NCBI GenBank assembly: GCA_030141605.1 | Contig: JAQGDQ010000788.1 | Location: forward strand, 1 to 64,000 | DNA: 64,000 nucleotides | Source: Tubiluchus corallicola | Taxonomy: Eukaryota; Animalia; Priapulida | Direction: 5' to 3' | Part shown: in pieces, positions 11,986 through 25,489 of the stretch | How the letters are laid out: each line of letters starts with the position of its first letter | Numbering within the stretch: position 1 is the stretch's first letter | Notes under the pieces: generated by a model | What the model saw: only the letters and a program-made list of their open reading frames with translations | Database searches by the model: none | What the model was told of the DNA's origin: nothing | Program-made: the position numbers and the translations under genes

Positions 11986-13416
11986 TTTTTTTTAATGTAC
12001 ACTTCCAATCATTTTGCCAAGAGCTTCCTACTCATCTTGCATCCGCCATGCACTTTTCTTCTATGACTATATCCGCCCCCGGCCTGGGTCACACTCTTAC
12101 TTCACACTTCCCGCGACTGGATCCGCCGCGTATCACGAATCGCCAAACGACTCTAAACACTTAAGTAATTTATCCATGCACGAATGTGCGACGCATTTCT
12201 CCTCGCTTAATGCACTAAAATTTGTCATGCTAGATGTAAGTCTTTATCAAAGTGAAAATGTGTTTTCCGATAGAATTTGATAAATGCGTAATTTTAATTA
12301 AGGCGGACGCAGAAAGGGGTGCAAGCAAGATATTTTACAGCTGCAGACTTCTTAGTAGTTTCAGGTCTACAACTGCAGACATTAATTACATGTCGAATCA
12401 ATTTTGATTGTTTTAGCAAACGAAACAAATATTTCATTTTCTCGATTATTTATTTATTTATTTTTGTTTAAAATTGTGGAATGGGAGACCCACGAAGAAG
12501 TTACGAGGAGATTTAGACAACTTGCTTTAAAAATGGATATAATTGTAAGCTCCGCGCATGCGCAGAATCAAGCTTTTTTCTAAATACATCTGCTTTCGAA
12601 CTGTAGATTTCACTCAGAGTTGCATTTAGAAATAAAATAAAATAAAATTCTCAAAGTGTTACAAATATCACGACAGTCAACATCAATGTTTGTGGTGAGA
12701 CCAGAACCTAGTCGTCATCACGGGAAAGCCTGTGGGATGAGTCACTGCACCACAAGAGGAATTTCAGCCAAGCTCGAAGTAAATGAGCATAATTAGTGTG
12801 GCGACAGAAACCACCTAGTGCAAGTATTGAACTCAGGCAGTCATGAGCTATTCACTGACTAAGATTTGCATTGCTTATTTTATTTATTTATTTATTTACT
12901 TACAGTCTGAATGATTTGTATGTTTGTGTGTTTCTGTTTCAAAATACTATAAATTCTCATAGAATTTTTACCAGTTTTCCTTTCATTACTGGCCTTGTAT
13001 TGGTAATACGATTATATAATTTCCCTATTGTTCTTGTAGACTAATTTAATGCCACTTACTAACCACAATCAATAATGCGAGCGCTTTCCACGTAGTGTTC
13101 TCGTAAGCTTACTTTAACAGTTTCTGCGATTTGATTAGAACTCGCTGACAACACTGCGTAGAGAAATACATTGTTCCGTGCGATCAGATAATTATTATAG
13201 CACGCAAGCCCTAATCCCCTAATATCGATACGTACAGTAGCCAGCTGACAATAACATTCACCCGCAAAAGTAATTAATTAATTTGGGGTTTTTCTGCTAA
13301 TGAAATAATAAATCTTCGGCAAAATGATTAATATGAGCACGCAATTGTTGTTATACGTAGTAGACGTGCGCCATTGCAGGATCTAGCGAGACAAGAACGC
13401 TCAAGACGTCAACAAG

Positions 13417-13613
<197 letters not shown>

Positions 13614-13614
13614 A

Positions 13615-14090
13615 ATCTTTATCTGCCATAAAAAATCGATATTCATAACTATAAAAGCATAAAAGAACATCGCAGCATGAGAATAAAATTCACACAACTG
13701 TTAAAGGCAAATGCGTCCAGTGCAAACTAAAAACTAGTGTGCCAAAAATTTAAAACAAAATATACATTATAGTGTTACACGCAAATTATAATAGACTATA
13801 TGCAATATATACATATAATTTAAAATGGACGTGGGTAAATAAAATTTGTGGATGAATATATATTATCGTTTACGTATGTTGGGTTTTCAAAACGATTTAA
13901 TGTATGTATTTTTAATTTTGATTTGAATTCGTCGAAAGACTTGATTTGTTTTAAATTTGACGGCAGGGCATTCCAAAATAGAATTACTTGTTTAGTGATA
14001 GAATTGTTGACGTATTTGTTATTAGTGCGTATTTGTTTAATATTGTGTGTTCTTGGATTTAATGTTGGCTCCAAGAGGAGTGGAAGCTTA
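13615..14090 (-). mobile_element. LINE 3' fragment (L2/CR1 group), related to 49330-49925
   Basis: Peptide SITKQVILFWNALPSNLKQIKSFDEFKSKLK. The 3' UTR motif caaatgcgtccagtgc...actaaaaa is shared with 49422-49450. Confidence 0.75.
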
Positions 14091-14479
14091 TTTTTGATGA
14101 AGGGCGTGTTAATGTTGTCGATGTGGTTGATGTTGTTGATGTTGTAGATGTTGTTGATGTTGTTGATGTTGTTAATATTGTTGATGTATTTATATAAAAA
14201 CTTCTTACAATAACGGTATTATGACGATAAAAAAATTATTTATCTATTTAATGAAGCAGGCACTGACAATGCCATTTTTCAGTAGAAACTTACGTGTAAA
14301 ATATAAAGTGATGCTCCCAAAATGGACAATAAATTTGAATAAAACGCAAGCGCAGAATTCTCAAATACGATAGTAATATTTATTAAAATCGGCTTTTGGA
14401 TGAACAATTAACAAAGCTCGAAGAGCTTTTTCCCGACTGTGAATAGCAATTCTACAACTACATAACAGCGACTGTTATT

Positions 14480-14618
14480 ACCCCACTTTTACTCTAAATA
14501 TCAAGCACTAGACAGGGCAACAGTAGGTACCATTTTTAAAGTCTTTGTTATGACCCGGCCGCAGTATTGAACTCACTACCACCCAGACTGAAAGCGGACG
14601 CGTTACCACTAGACTATT
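14480..14618 (-). mobile_element. Degenerate tRNA-derived SINE with a Meta-domain-like core
   Basis: The minus strand has an A-box-like tagtctagtggtaa and a B-box-like agttcaatact. These are followed by ccgggtcataacaaagactttaaaaatggtacctactgttgccctgtctagtgcttga, which I recall as the MetaSINE central domain. Confidence 0.65.
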
Positions 14619-14816
14619 CCGTCTGGTAAATTTTTCCTGTTGCTTTACGACAAAGTTCTGTACATTGTCAGAGTATGCCGTTTTTCCATACACATACACG
14701 CGGCATTTAGTCAACTTTAAATTTGACATCGTGTTCACACAACGGAATGACTTACGATTTTTTAGCTTGATGTAATTAAAAGGTTCTCTTCTCCTTTAAC
14801 TGTCGCCTTAATATCT

Positions 14817-15018
14817 TTGTTCTCGTCTGATCACCGAAGTTAAGCAACGGAGAGCCGGGTTAGTACTTGGATGGGTGACCGCCTAGGAATACCAGGTGCT
14901 GTAGGCTTGCGGGATGCCCACACTGTATCTCGACACTAGGCGGAGGAGCTACACAAGCAGCCAACGGCTAGAGGGCGGAGGAGTCAAGTGACCCAACGGC
15001 CACGTGTAGAGGAGTAAA
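14817..15018 (+). mobile_element. Second copy of the 5S-RTE SINE, truncated at both ends
   Basis: 5S sequence from ~nt 30 onward (14819-14908) is followed by the same body as 11382-11274. The 11-bp TSD ccttaatatct lies at 14806-14816 and 15019-15029. Confidence 0.9.
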
Positions 15019-15619
15019 CCTTAATATCTGACTTGAACAGTTTTTGTGTTTTGTTTTTGTGTGGGCGTTGTATGTTTACATTATTAGAGAAAGCACGAAG
15101 CCTAATTATGCAGGAGATTCGTAACCGTAAAATAAACGCTACTGATGTCAGCAAAGATACTAAACCAATAGACAGGAAAGCAATTATCACTGTACGGATC
15201 CATTTAGCAACTCACTAATTGACAGCAAAATCTCTAAGCTCTAAATAGAAAATATGTACGGCTTACATTAATAACCAAGCAGCGGCCAGATATAACACGC
15301 GGAATAATACAGCTAATGGATGCGTCGATAATACGCGTGTAAAAATAGGACCGTGTTGCCATTGTTTACGTTTGTTCAGTAGTCATTGTATTAATGTAGT
15401 TTACTAACGTAGGTCACTGCTTTTCCATTTTCTTTTCCACAAAGTTCTGCACATTGTCAGAGTCAGTCATTTTTCCGTACCACACATACGTGCCATTTAG
15501 TAAACTTTACACTTGATATCCTGTGACTAAGAAATAAATTATTGGCTTCAATACAGTTCAGGCTTCTAACTAGGTCAGTTTCTACAGAAAGATATCGGAC
15601 TGCTGTCCACTTTTAACAG

Positions 15620-16028
15620 ATGCAGGGCGGATGGCACCGCGGCCCACACCGTGCGGCATCTCAATTAAGTCGCACAACGCCTCACCCAAAACAAAACCCG
15701 AACAATAGAGTCGAAATGACAATTTATTACTAAATATCACACCCCCAATGAGGAACAAACAGTTTACCTAGAAGAACGGAGTTTGCGGCAAAGCCTGTGA
15801 AATGTGAACAGAGCTCCAATGAAAGACACGACCACTGACAAGGGTCTACAGCAGACCTTCCCTTTTTATAAGCTCAGGCGTGTACGTGACTAGTGGCTTT
15901 TATTAACACAAGGTCAGAATACGAGTCTGTGCTAGATAAAGCCACGTTCACATGCACACCTGAGAAGTCTACTGTATTTCCCTGCCAGCATTACACTTCA
16001 TTTCATCACAGCCCTGTAGTGCAATATA
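15620..16028 (-). mobile_element. Dispersed repeat, possibly a solo LTR
   Basis: 15903-16028 is near-identical to the reverse complement of 38246-38369. The minus strand has tataaaaagg upstream of aataaa. No TSD was found. Confidence 0.4.
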
Positions 16029-16825
16029 GTTAGTTAGTTTTTGGGTACGATTTTTTCCTGTATACAATGAAGTATACACGACTGAATGACGGTGACAGAC
16101 ACTATTGCTATGAAGACATGCTTGCTTTGAAGGCGCGGCCATGCTATCACAGGCACCCCAATTGCCGCAACACATCACTGCCATACGTGTAAAATTTATA
16201 TTCAATCAGGCGAATTTTTTTTTGCAAAAGATCTTATCAGTCTTTACCTCTTACACTCATGCTACCCCAGATACCCCTAGATACACTTCCATATTCTCCG
16301 CGGCCTTTACATAATATAATATATAGGTGATATGATGAAGTAGAAAATGTCTATTTCTAGACGATGCTTTAGAAACACCCCCTAATGGGTGGTTTATAAA
16401 AAATCCGTCGCTTTGGATAAGACCTGTTGCTTTAACTCAGGTATCACTACTACCCCAGAATATCTTGGAATACAGACCTGAATGAGATAACTCAGAGCAA
16501 ACCGGCCGATTAACTGCAACAATTTTAGAATGGCAAGTCTATGATGTTAAGGCATTTATACGAATATATGTCGTTTATATGTATATGTTATGCGCTTGAA
16601 CAAAATTATACATGTGGTTTCTTTGTATTATTGTAGTCTATTCCTTTTTATGTCTAGTGTATACAGTGAATCCAGAACCGTAAGCAATCTCAGTAACTTT
16701 TGACACTTCTGATACTATGTCAGACCAATCTGTAGCAAACCTTAGTAGGTCTGCGTCTTTGACTTTGTGGAAAACTGAAAAAATTGGACATATTCTCAAT
16801 TGACGTTGGACTTCCTGAATATGAA

Positions 16826-17300
16826 AATCAGAACTCTGCTGTTCGTCTTACTACCAAAACTAGAAAATACTAACAAATTACACCATTCTAAGAGAGTTAC
16901 TTTGGTTTCCGAAAAAGTTCCGTATTCAATCTAAAATTCTTTGTATCGCCTACGAAATACCACATGGTTTGGCACCTGCGTGTCTTACTGATCTTCTGAT
17001 ACGCCGTAAATATAGACTGAACACATCGTTCTAATGCCAATGAACAAATTCATTTACATCAGCCAATTCCTAATACAGTATTCTGTGGTGAAAAAGCTTT
17101 TTCTGTCTGTACTTCACGTCTCTGGAATAACTTACCCGTTGCTGTACGTTCTAGAAATTCATCAGATAGTTTTAAACGACATCTTAGAATACATTCGTTT
17201 AGTTGTACTTCTTACGATGAATTAAATTGTTAATTTTATAATGTATTTTAAACTTTAAAGCATTTTATAAATTTTAAACATATTTTGTTGTTCAGTATGC
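16826..17300 (+). mobile_element. Degenerate L2-clade LINE 3' fragment
   Basis: The frameshifted translation QNSAVRLTTKTRKY*QITP-LRELLWFPKKFRIQSKIL...HGLAPACLTDLL...GEKAFSVCTSRLWNNLP matches the L2 motif QNxAARL...HITPxLxxLHWLP. Confidence 0.85.
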
Positions 17301-17459
17301 TGAGATTTTAAATGATGTTAAATAAATATAACATTATGGTACATTCTTCATTTGTATTCTATTCAATATACCTCTACAAATTTATGCGTAAATTAAGAAA
17401 TAATAAATGAAAAATTACAATGCCAGTGAGAGCGACTGTAATTTCAAAAATCTTGTACA

Positions 17460-17505
17460 GTTATTATTATTATTATTATTATTGTTGTTGTTGTTGTTGT
17501 TGTTG

Positions 17506-17603
<98 letters not shown>

Positions 17604-17630
17604 GTTGTTGTTGTTATTATTATTATTATT
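17460..17630. repeat. (TTA)n/(TTG)n microsatellite
   Basis: Direct reading. Confidence 0.95.
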
Positions 17631-18475
17631 TATTTTTAAAACAAAACACATTTGTATTTGTATTGGATTCATATACCCCTAGCGTGCCAGCAGCCCCCTC
17701 TTACACATTGGTTCACTAAACTTGGTGAACATACATTTTATTACATACTACAAAACTGAATTTAATAGCAAGTGATGAATGTTAGCAGTTTCTGTACCCT
17801 CCTCGTTTAGCATGATAAAGCAGATCATCATCACAGCAAACGTTTCACAGATTGAAAATTCGTGTTGCATACCAAACGCAGGATACCGAGTCAACATTAG
17901 TTTGTCATTGCCGTATATGGTTACCTCGCTTTCCTGTAAGTAGAGTAAGTCATTGTTTGGGAACAATCCCAAGGAAGCCAGAGATATTAGCTGACTGGAT
18001 GCTTTTACTCCCGAGGCTATCTGGACGCCACTGTGTTCTGTTTGACCCGCATCTACGACAATGGCGCCACGTGTATCGTGATATTTGTACCTACGCCTTA
18101 TTCATAGCATTTTAAGAACATAAAACTTCATTTTCCTACTTTAGTAATGATTATATCTGATCTTTCTTTAGTCTCTGGAGTGGAAATAGCATTTGTAAGT
18201 AACTCTAGCAGAGTTTTACCTTTCACAGTGGAAGACTCTTCTGCTAATTGTGCATTTTGCGGTTCTGATGTGTCTTTATTTTAACTTTTTCAATTGCAAC
18301 TTTTCAAACTCAACTGTTTTGTTAGTTCTGCTAGTGAAATGCAAATTTCTAGATCTTCATTTAGAAGAAAGACAAATTTCGGTTCTTTACACAAGTGACC
18401 AGTATTTTATTAAAAGCAGTAAATGTTGATGTAATGACCTTTTATCATCTTGGTCATCTATATCTTGACCAGTTA

Positions 18476-18984
18476 GTTTAGTTTAAACATAATTTATTTA
18501 GGATTGGATCAGACAGTTTGTGCAACATGATTTAGGATCCCCACCACAACAGACTTTATACACTATTTACAAGAACATTTACAGTAAGAATAGACCATAC
18601 TTAGTTTTTAGTATACTAAAGTTTTACATACAGTGATACATTAGACATTAGTAAAAAATGACAGTTAGTAAATATTAATATACGATTATTTAAGAATGAT
18701 GCATTTTATTTCAGATAGAAACTACTGGAAGCGTTTAGTACATAATATAAAGTCATGTATACATTGGAATATTTTGCAGTTAGTAACATAGTTAAATTCA
18801 TCTTTTCCGAATAATAACAACTTCAACAGATCATTAGTTCCTAAGACAGCTATATTAAGGTTTTCGGGCAGAAGTATTGCATTTAATTTATCAAACATAA
18901 CAACCCTAGTTTGTTGATACAATAGGCAGTGCAACAAAAAGTGTTCAACAGACTCAAATCGAAATCCACTGTTACAATTCGGCA
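18476..18984 (-). mobile_element. 5'-truncated LINE (CR1-group-like, C-terminal CCHC) with a 14-bp TSD
   Basis: Peptide PNCNSGFRFESVEHFLLHC... and a (CTAAA)-type tail. The TSD atcttgaccagtta lies at 18462-18475 and 18985-18998. Close sister of 58473-59105. Confidence 0.9.
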
Positions 18985-19649
18985 ATCTTGACCAGTTAAT
19001 CGCGCTTGACGAAGTGCAGTATGACACATTACTAAAAAGGCATTACTTTATGAGGTTATCTAACAAAAATTGATAGAAGAGTCGAAGGTTCAAGGCTACA
19101 GTATGTCACAGACTAATTTTTGTTTTTCCAAATCATCCGTCGGTAGTATAGCATTGCAAAAATATAATAGATGTCGATTTTCTAAGACGTCGTAAGTTTA
19201 ATAATTAATTACGGTATGAGTAAATATGAATAAGTATGGAGAGGGTCAAGGTCGGGGTCAAACTCAGAGTCTGTGTTTGTTTTGAGAATGCACGTATAAA
19301 AACAACCGCTGCTTGGATCACTAAGGCTTGATGGGGTTGTTTGTCTAGCTTGTCCACCTCAAAGAACTTGACACGTGATGTTAAAGTAAAAGTCACAGCA
19401 GTTGTGGGGCATTTTTTTGCAAAACACCTCGCCACTGAAAGCATAACAGCTGGACAATTTTCATTTCGTCTGAAATGTCGAAAGTTGCGTTTCAGATAAG
19501 AGACTATTGTCCGACCTCTATAACCTATATAACCGACCTCTATATATATACAGTTTCAAGGAAAACAAAAACATCTTTTAAAAGTTATACGGTTATTATA
19601 AGTAGCTATAGCATTATACTTTCTTTCGTTTGTTACTTCTGATGGTACT

Positions 19650-19870
19650 GTCCTGGACATTCCTGGATTAAGAGCAGCAGCTTATAAATCCAGTTTTTTA
19701 CTTGGACTTCTTATCTGTGGAATTCTCTACCTCAAAATAGTCTTCCCGAAAACTGCAACCTGCTCCGCTTCAAGAAGCACACCAAGAGATACTTCCGTCA
19801 ATCGAAAATTAGTCATGTGAATTCATTTCTTTGATCAGGTTCACGTACTCACATCTTCACTTTTTTGTAG
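19650..19870 (+). mobile_element. Degenerate CR1-like LINE 3' fragment, interrupted by a MITE
   Basis: The frameshifted translation reads AYKSSF...SYLWNSLPQ...PENCNLLRFKKH. Confidence 0.55.
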
Positions 19871-19871
19871 A

Positions 19872-20380
19872 GGCGCGTTCAGACCAGCGAGTTTTCTGTC
19901 GCGGGATTTCTCTCTGGCAGCAAACTCGTAAGTGTGAACTGCTTTACGAGTTACTGTCGGAAAGAAATTACAAACTCTCCGACTGTTGCTGTGAGTTGAG
20001 TTACTGCCTAGTGTGAACGCCTCGGCGAGTTACTCTCCACACTACTCGCAGAGACTGTCGGAGAGTTACACGCAGAGACAACTGAGTGTCAGCTCGCGCT
20101 TACTGTCGGAGAGTTACTCGCAGCGAATAGACAACTGAGTGTCAGCTCGCGCTTACTGTCGGAGAGTTACTCGCAGCAAGTTTTGCTCTGTAGTCTGAAC
20201 ATTGTTGTGAGTTATTTGGTGAGTTACTCTCGACACTTCTCGCAGTGAATAGACAACTGAGTGTCAGCTCGCGCCTACTGTCGGAGAGTTACTCGCAGGA
20301 AGTTTTTTCTTTAGTCTGAACACACTTGCGAGTTACTTGGCGAGTTTATTTGGCGAGAAAATTACCTAGTCTGAACGCCC
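19872..20380 (+). mobile_element. PIF/Harbinger-like non-autonomous element with internal repeats
   Basis: Termini are ggcgcgttcagaccag...ctagtctgaacgccc, with internal gagagttactcgcag repeats. A related copy in opposite orientation lies at 59818-60315. Confidence 0.65.
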
Positions 20381-20436
20381 TGTAAGTGGCTTCTATGTGA
20401 ACAATTTGTACTAAAAAATACTTCATCCATCCACAG

Positions 20437-20673
20437 CAGCCGTTCTGAAGCCTGAAACCCTCTCACTGCAACACAATGCCAGTAAATCACATTGTTCAAA
20501 TAGATCAACAGCCTGTAGTGAGGAGTCAATTAGAGAGTTGTTTGCCCTTGGAAATTTGACTCGTTCGCTCCGGGAATCCGAATTTAAAACCGGTGGCGAT
20601 CCTGGCGGCAGTAGATTTTCAACGGTTAACGCAGAGGCGTACGCCGACAACACGAGTAAAGTAAAGCATGGAG
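20437..20673 (+). CDS. Candidate 237-nt symmetric phase-1 exon, product unknown
   Basis: Acceptor ccacag| and donor gag|gtaatt bound a stop-free frame AVLKPETLSLQHNASKSHCSNRSTACSEESIRELFALGNLTRSLRESEFKTGGDPGGSRFSTVNAEAYADNTSKVKHG. GC content is higher than in the flanks. Confidence 0.35.
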
Positions 20674-21967
20674 GTAATTGAGTTTGCTTGAGCAGATGAT
20701 GTCAGTTAATGGGCAGACGAGTCAGCTATTGTTGTCAGGAAATGGTTTATACACCCACTGATGCATGTCTGAAAAGCGATGCGTTGTCAATGCAGTAATT
20801 ATGACGCAATCATAATGCATAACGTACATCAATACTGTCGCTAAACGCTGGTAAAGAAAGCAAACAGGAGACGCTAACAGGTTGGAAACTTTGTACAAAC
20901 ACCAATCAAAAAGCGTTTGAAATTGAAGCTACTAATGCTGCTAAATTTTATCGTACGTCACGTGACAAGCGTGACGTTTTAAATAGCTAGAATTAATAGG
21001 TTCACGCCTAGAGAGTTGTAAAAGGGATAGACTATTATAATAACGACAGTAGCAGCATCGACAATGACAACCGACGATGATGATGACGAAGACGACGACC
21101 AGGTACACCAACGTCAGTAACACCGCCACCACTGAAGCTGCCACGCCGTCTCCGCCATCATAGCCAACATCACGACCACCGCCCCAAACATCAGTGTCAC
21201 CACCAACACCAGTATTTCACTACTTTTTTAAATATTTTTTTTCTTAATTTTCCCTTTTATTTTGAACGTAAATTCGATGAATTGCAGCTACACAGACTAA
21301 ATTCTTCTCTCGCTTTAATTTTTTCATGAAACCTCCTGAATATGTCAAGAACCTGAAATAGCCGGATGTGGCTGGCCCAAAAATAATACACGTATATGAA
21401 TGAATATATATATATTCTATATACAGACATATACACATATACATAGAAATCTTTCTTGGAAAAATTATGCACCAGTGCTGCATAAAAATAATATACTTTA
21501 GACATGACTGATAGACTTATATAAGCAATAGAGGCCTCCAGTAAGCATCACAGTAGTCGAAAAGACGTAAAAATAAGCAAGACATCTCGTTTAATTAATC
21601 AAAAAGTGCTTTGCTCTATACTCAAAAAAACTACAATCTGTAGTGAAAAATGTACAGCTAACCGCATGCGATGATGAACGATTGAATAAGTAAATAAACT
21701 CTTTAGAATTAACTTCGCACACGTTTTTGCAGTGCGTCAAAAGTCCGATGAGAACAAAACTTGGTGTTTCTTCGACATCTTTCAGCTAATCAGCTCTAAG
21801 CAATTTGATCTAAACTACTTTATTAAACTAGAACGTGACGTGCTTGTTAACAGTAAGAAAACAACTGATGGACCTGCAATAGTGAATGAAGTTTTACGAT
21901 TGTGTTGCGTGGAAATCACACCGCTATTAGAAGACAAACGAAAAAGGAAATAAGTGTTATGAATGGA

Positions 21968-23386
21968 AGGGCCAAACCTTAAAGGAAAGGCCAAACCTTA
22001 AAGGAAAGACCAAACCTTAAAGGAAAGGCCAAACCTTAAAGGAAAGACTAAACCTTGAAGGAAAGACCAAACTTTGAAGGAAAGACTAAACCTTAAAGGA
22101 AAGGCCAAACCTTAAAGGAAAGACCAAACCTTGAAGGAAAGGCCAAACCTTAAAGGAAAGACCAAACCTTAAAGGAAAGGCCAATCCTTAAAGGAAAGGC
22201 TAAACCTTAAAGGAAAGACCAAACCTTAAAGGAAAGACCAAACCTTAAAGGAAAGACCAAACCTTAAAGGAAAGGCCAAACCTTGAAGGAAAGATCAAAC
22301 CTTAAAGGAAAGACCAAACCTTAAAGGAAAGACCAAACCTTAAAGGAAAGACCAAACCTTAAAGGAAAGACCAAACCTTAAAGGAAAGGTCAAACCTTAA
22401 AGGAAAGGCCAAACCTTAAAGGAAAGACCAAACCTTAAAGGAAAGACCAAACCTTAAAGGAAAGGCCAAACCTTAAAGGAAAGACCAAACCTTGAAAGAA
22501 AGGCCAAACCTTGAAGGAAAGACCAAACCTTAAAGGAAAGACCAAACCTTAAAGGAAAGACCAAACCTTAAAGGAAAGGCCAAACCTTAAAGGAAAGACC
22601 AAACCTTGAAGGAAAGACCAAACCTTGAAGGAAAGGCCAAACCTTGAAGGAAAGGCCAAACCTTGAAGGAAAGACCAAACCTTGAAAGAAAGGCCAAACC
22701 TTGAAGGAAAGACCAAACCTTAAAGGAAAGACCAAACCTTAAAGGAAAGGCCAAACCTTGAAGGAAAGGCCAAACCTTAAAGGAAAGACCAAACCTTGAA
22801 GGAAAGACCAAACCTTGAAGGAAAGGCCAAACCTTGAAGGAAAGACCAAACCTTAAAGGAAAGACCAAACCTTAAAGGAAAGACCAAACCTTAAAGGAAA
22901 GACCAAACCTTAAAGGAAAGGCCAAACCTTAAAGGAAAGACCAAACCTTGAAGGAAAGACCAAACCTTGAAGGAAAGGCCAAACCTTGAAGGAAAGGCCA
23001 AACCTTAAAGGAAAGACCAAACCTTGAAGGAAAGACCAAACCTTAAAGGAAAGGCCAAACCTTAAAGGAAAGACCAAACCTTAAAGGAAAGACCAAACCT
23101 TAAAGGAAGGACCAAACCTTAAAGGAAATGCCAAACCTTAAAGGAAAGACCAAACCTTAAAGGAAAGACCAAACCTTAAAGGAAGGACCAAACCTTAAAG
23201 GAAATGCCAAACCTTAAAGGAAAGACCAAACCTTAAAGGAAAGACCAATCCTTGAAGGAAAGACCAAACCTTAAAGGAAAGGCCAAACCTTGAAGGAAAG
23301 GCCAAACCTTAAAGGAAAGACCAAACCTTAAAGGAAAGGCCAAACCTTGAAGGAAAGGCCAAACCTTGAAGGAAAGACCAAACCTT
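21968..23386. repeat. 19-bp minisatellite (~75 copies)
   Basis: Unit ccaaacctt(a/g)aaggaaag(a/g), with an internal cctt-N-aagg palindrome. Confidence 0.97.
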
Positions 23387-23399
23387 CTAGGAAGTTAGA

Positions 23400-23830
23400 C
23401 TCGTTCCAATGTTCACAAAAATGTTAAAAGGATTTAATAATAAAAGCGTGATAGGCACCTCGTGCAGTTACTACAACCACTTCGCTTACTTTAAACTAAC
23501 GATCATTTCACGCTTGGGCGCTTCCATTTTGAACGTTCGTTCTTCCACCAGTGACGTAGCAAATCGACCGAAAAAAAGTAGTGCAAAAAAGCAACAGGAA
23601 GCAGCGTACTGTGAATACAAGAGCTATACATACAAATACATTAGTTTTTACAAAACTTAATCTTGTGATATTTTTGCTAATAATCAATTCTGATAATCTT
23701 GCAGCTTATTTTGAGATATTTTTGCATGAGCATTATGTAAACTGTAGAATTTTTAACTAGTTTCTCACGGAAAGCCACGATGCACTTACGAAAAGTCACG
23801 AAATCCACCAGTTACGTCACAATTTTGAAG
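23400..23830 (-). mobile_element. Dispersed DNA-transposon-like repeat, family D
   Basis: cttacgaaaagtcacgaaatccaccagttacgtcacaatttt is the reverse complement of aaaattatgacgtaactggtggacttcgtgacttttcgtaag at ~51573 and ~59271. Confidence 0.7.
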
Positions 23831-24507
23831 TGAATGGCAGCTACTACCTCGCCTAAATATTTCTGTACAGCGGCAGTATACATTAACTTCGCGCGTAATA
23901 CTAAATCTACCTACAATTGTTCATTCTCGACTCGAGTGCTCATTTGTTAATCACTACGGTTCGTTAATTATCATTTTTTCGCTAAACTACCGTTTTTGTT
24001 AATATGGGTTTCGGCGCATCATCACCCAACATGCTTACATCGCTGTCAAAACTTCTTAAAGCAATTTTAGCTTGAACTACGATAGGAACTGCTTTATTTG
24101 ATGCCATTCTGAAGGCTTTATGATTCTGATACGCGTTGCAGCACGTAAACAACGATTGAAAATAATTTTCACTCGCCTGCGTTTGTCACGCGTTATTTTC
24201 ATTTCGGATTATTTTATATAATATGAGAAAAGTCTCCAATGATTTGCTCTGGCAGCGCGTAACTTTATTAATGTGTAAAGAAGCCATAAAAGAAAGCTGA
24301 GCTCTAACGTAAACTCGCAAAATTCCCGCAGAGTCCTACGAAGCCATTTTCAAGTCAAGTATCACGTTAACTATAACACAAGCAGGTTTATCAACTGCTA
24401 GGTACCTTGCCGTTTACAAACTGGCACACTAATTCCATACAGATTTGTTTTTTAAACGTGACTGCTATTGCTCCTGGAATTCATAGGTATCCAATTTAAA
24501 AAAAGAA

Positions 24508-24572
24508 ATAGAGAGAGAGAGAGTGCACAGTGAAAGAAAAACAGAGAGAGAGAGAGAGAGAGAGAGACAGAA

Positions 24573-24651
<79 letters not shown>

Positions 24652-24915
24652 TGCTTAGTAGAATAGCACTGTATGCATTTTATTATAAACTAAAGCTGAT
24701 TGTCTATTGCTCATGATTATGACGAAGGCCAAAACTTTTTAAAAGCAAATAAGGAATTGACCTGCTGCTTCTGCTGCTGCTACTACTGCTGCTTCTGCTG
24801 CTTCTGCTGCTGCAGTTGTTGCTGTTGCTGCTGCTGCTATTGCTACTACTGCTGCTGCTGCTGCTGGTGGTGGTGGTGGTGCTGCTCCTGCTGCTGTTAT
24901 TGCTGGTACTGCTAC
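24508..24915. repeat. (AG)n and (CTG)n-type microsatellites
   Basis: Direct reading. Confidence 0.9.
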
Positions 24916-25489
24916 ATTAATTACGATTGACAAGCGCACCAAATTTTACATGCACTGTAAAATGCTAACAGGTGGCCATGGTGACCTAATTAGGTGCAAA
25001 GTATTGAACCTAATGAATTATTTATATCAATATCTGACTAATTGGTAGTTTGTGCAGAAAGGCGACGTTACATAACCTGACCTAATAATGTCTGCGCGAA
25101 TGTATCACTAAATGTATCACATCTTGTATGTCGAGAGAGAGAGAGAGAAGACATCAACTTAGTAATTAGATAACTTAATTAGATAATAAATGGAGTGAAG
25201 TAAGTAATGGTATTTGCTAGACCGTCAGAAGGTGAATCTATAATGATGTTATCTTCATAAACTCGTGGAGATAAGAGCTTATTAAGGTTGAAAAATGCTT
25301 TATGATTGAACCTCTGTTTAAACACATTACTTGATTTACCAATTTAATTTAAAACACATAAAAGCGAAACTTTCGTATTTTAAAAACATTCTGATGTTTC
25401 TACGCTGTTTTCGCAAAAAAAAACAATTCAATAACTCAGTTTTTACAGCCGCTACAACTGTAAATTAAAATCGAACAAACATTTTACTA

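Noticed and set aside
20423-20653. Minus-strand 76-aa ORF
   Set aside because: It has a GTG start and no clear acceptor. It is better explained as the antisense shadow of the plus-strand exon candidate.
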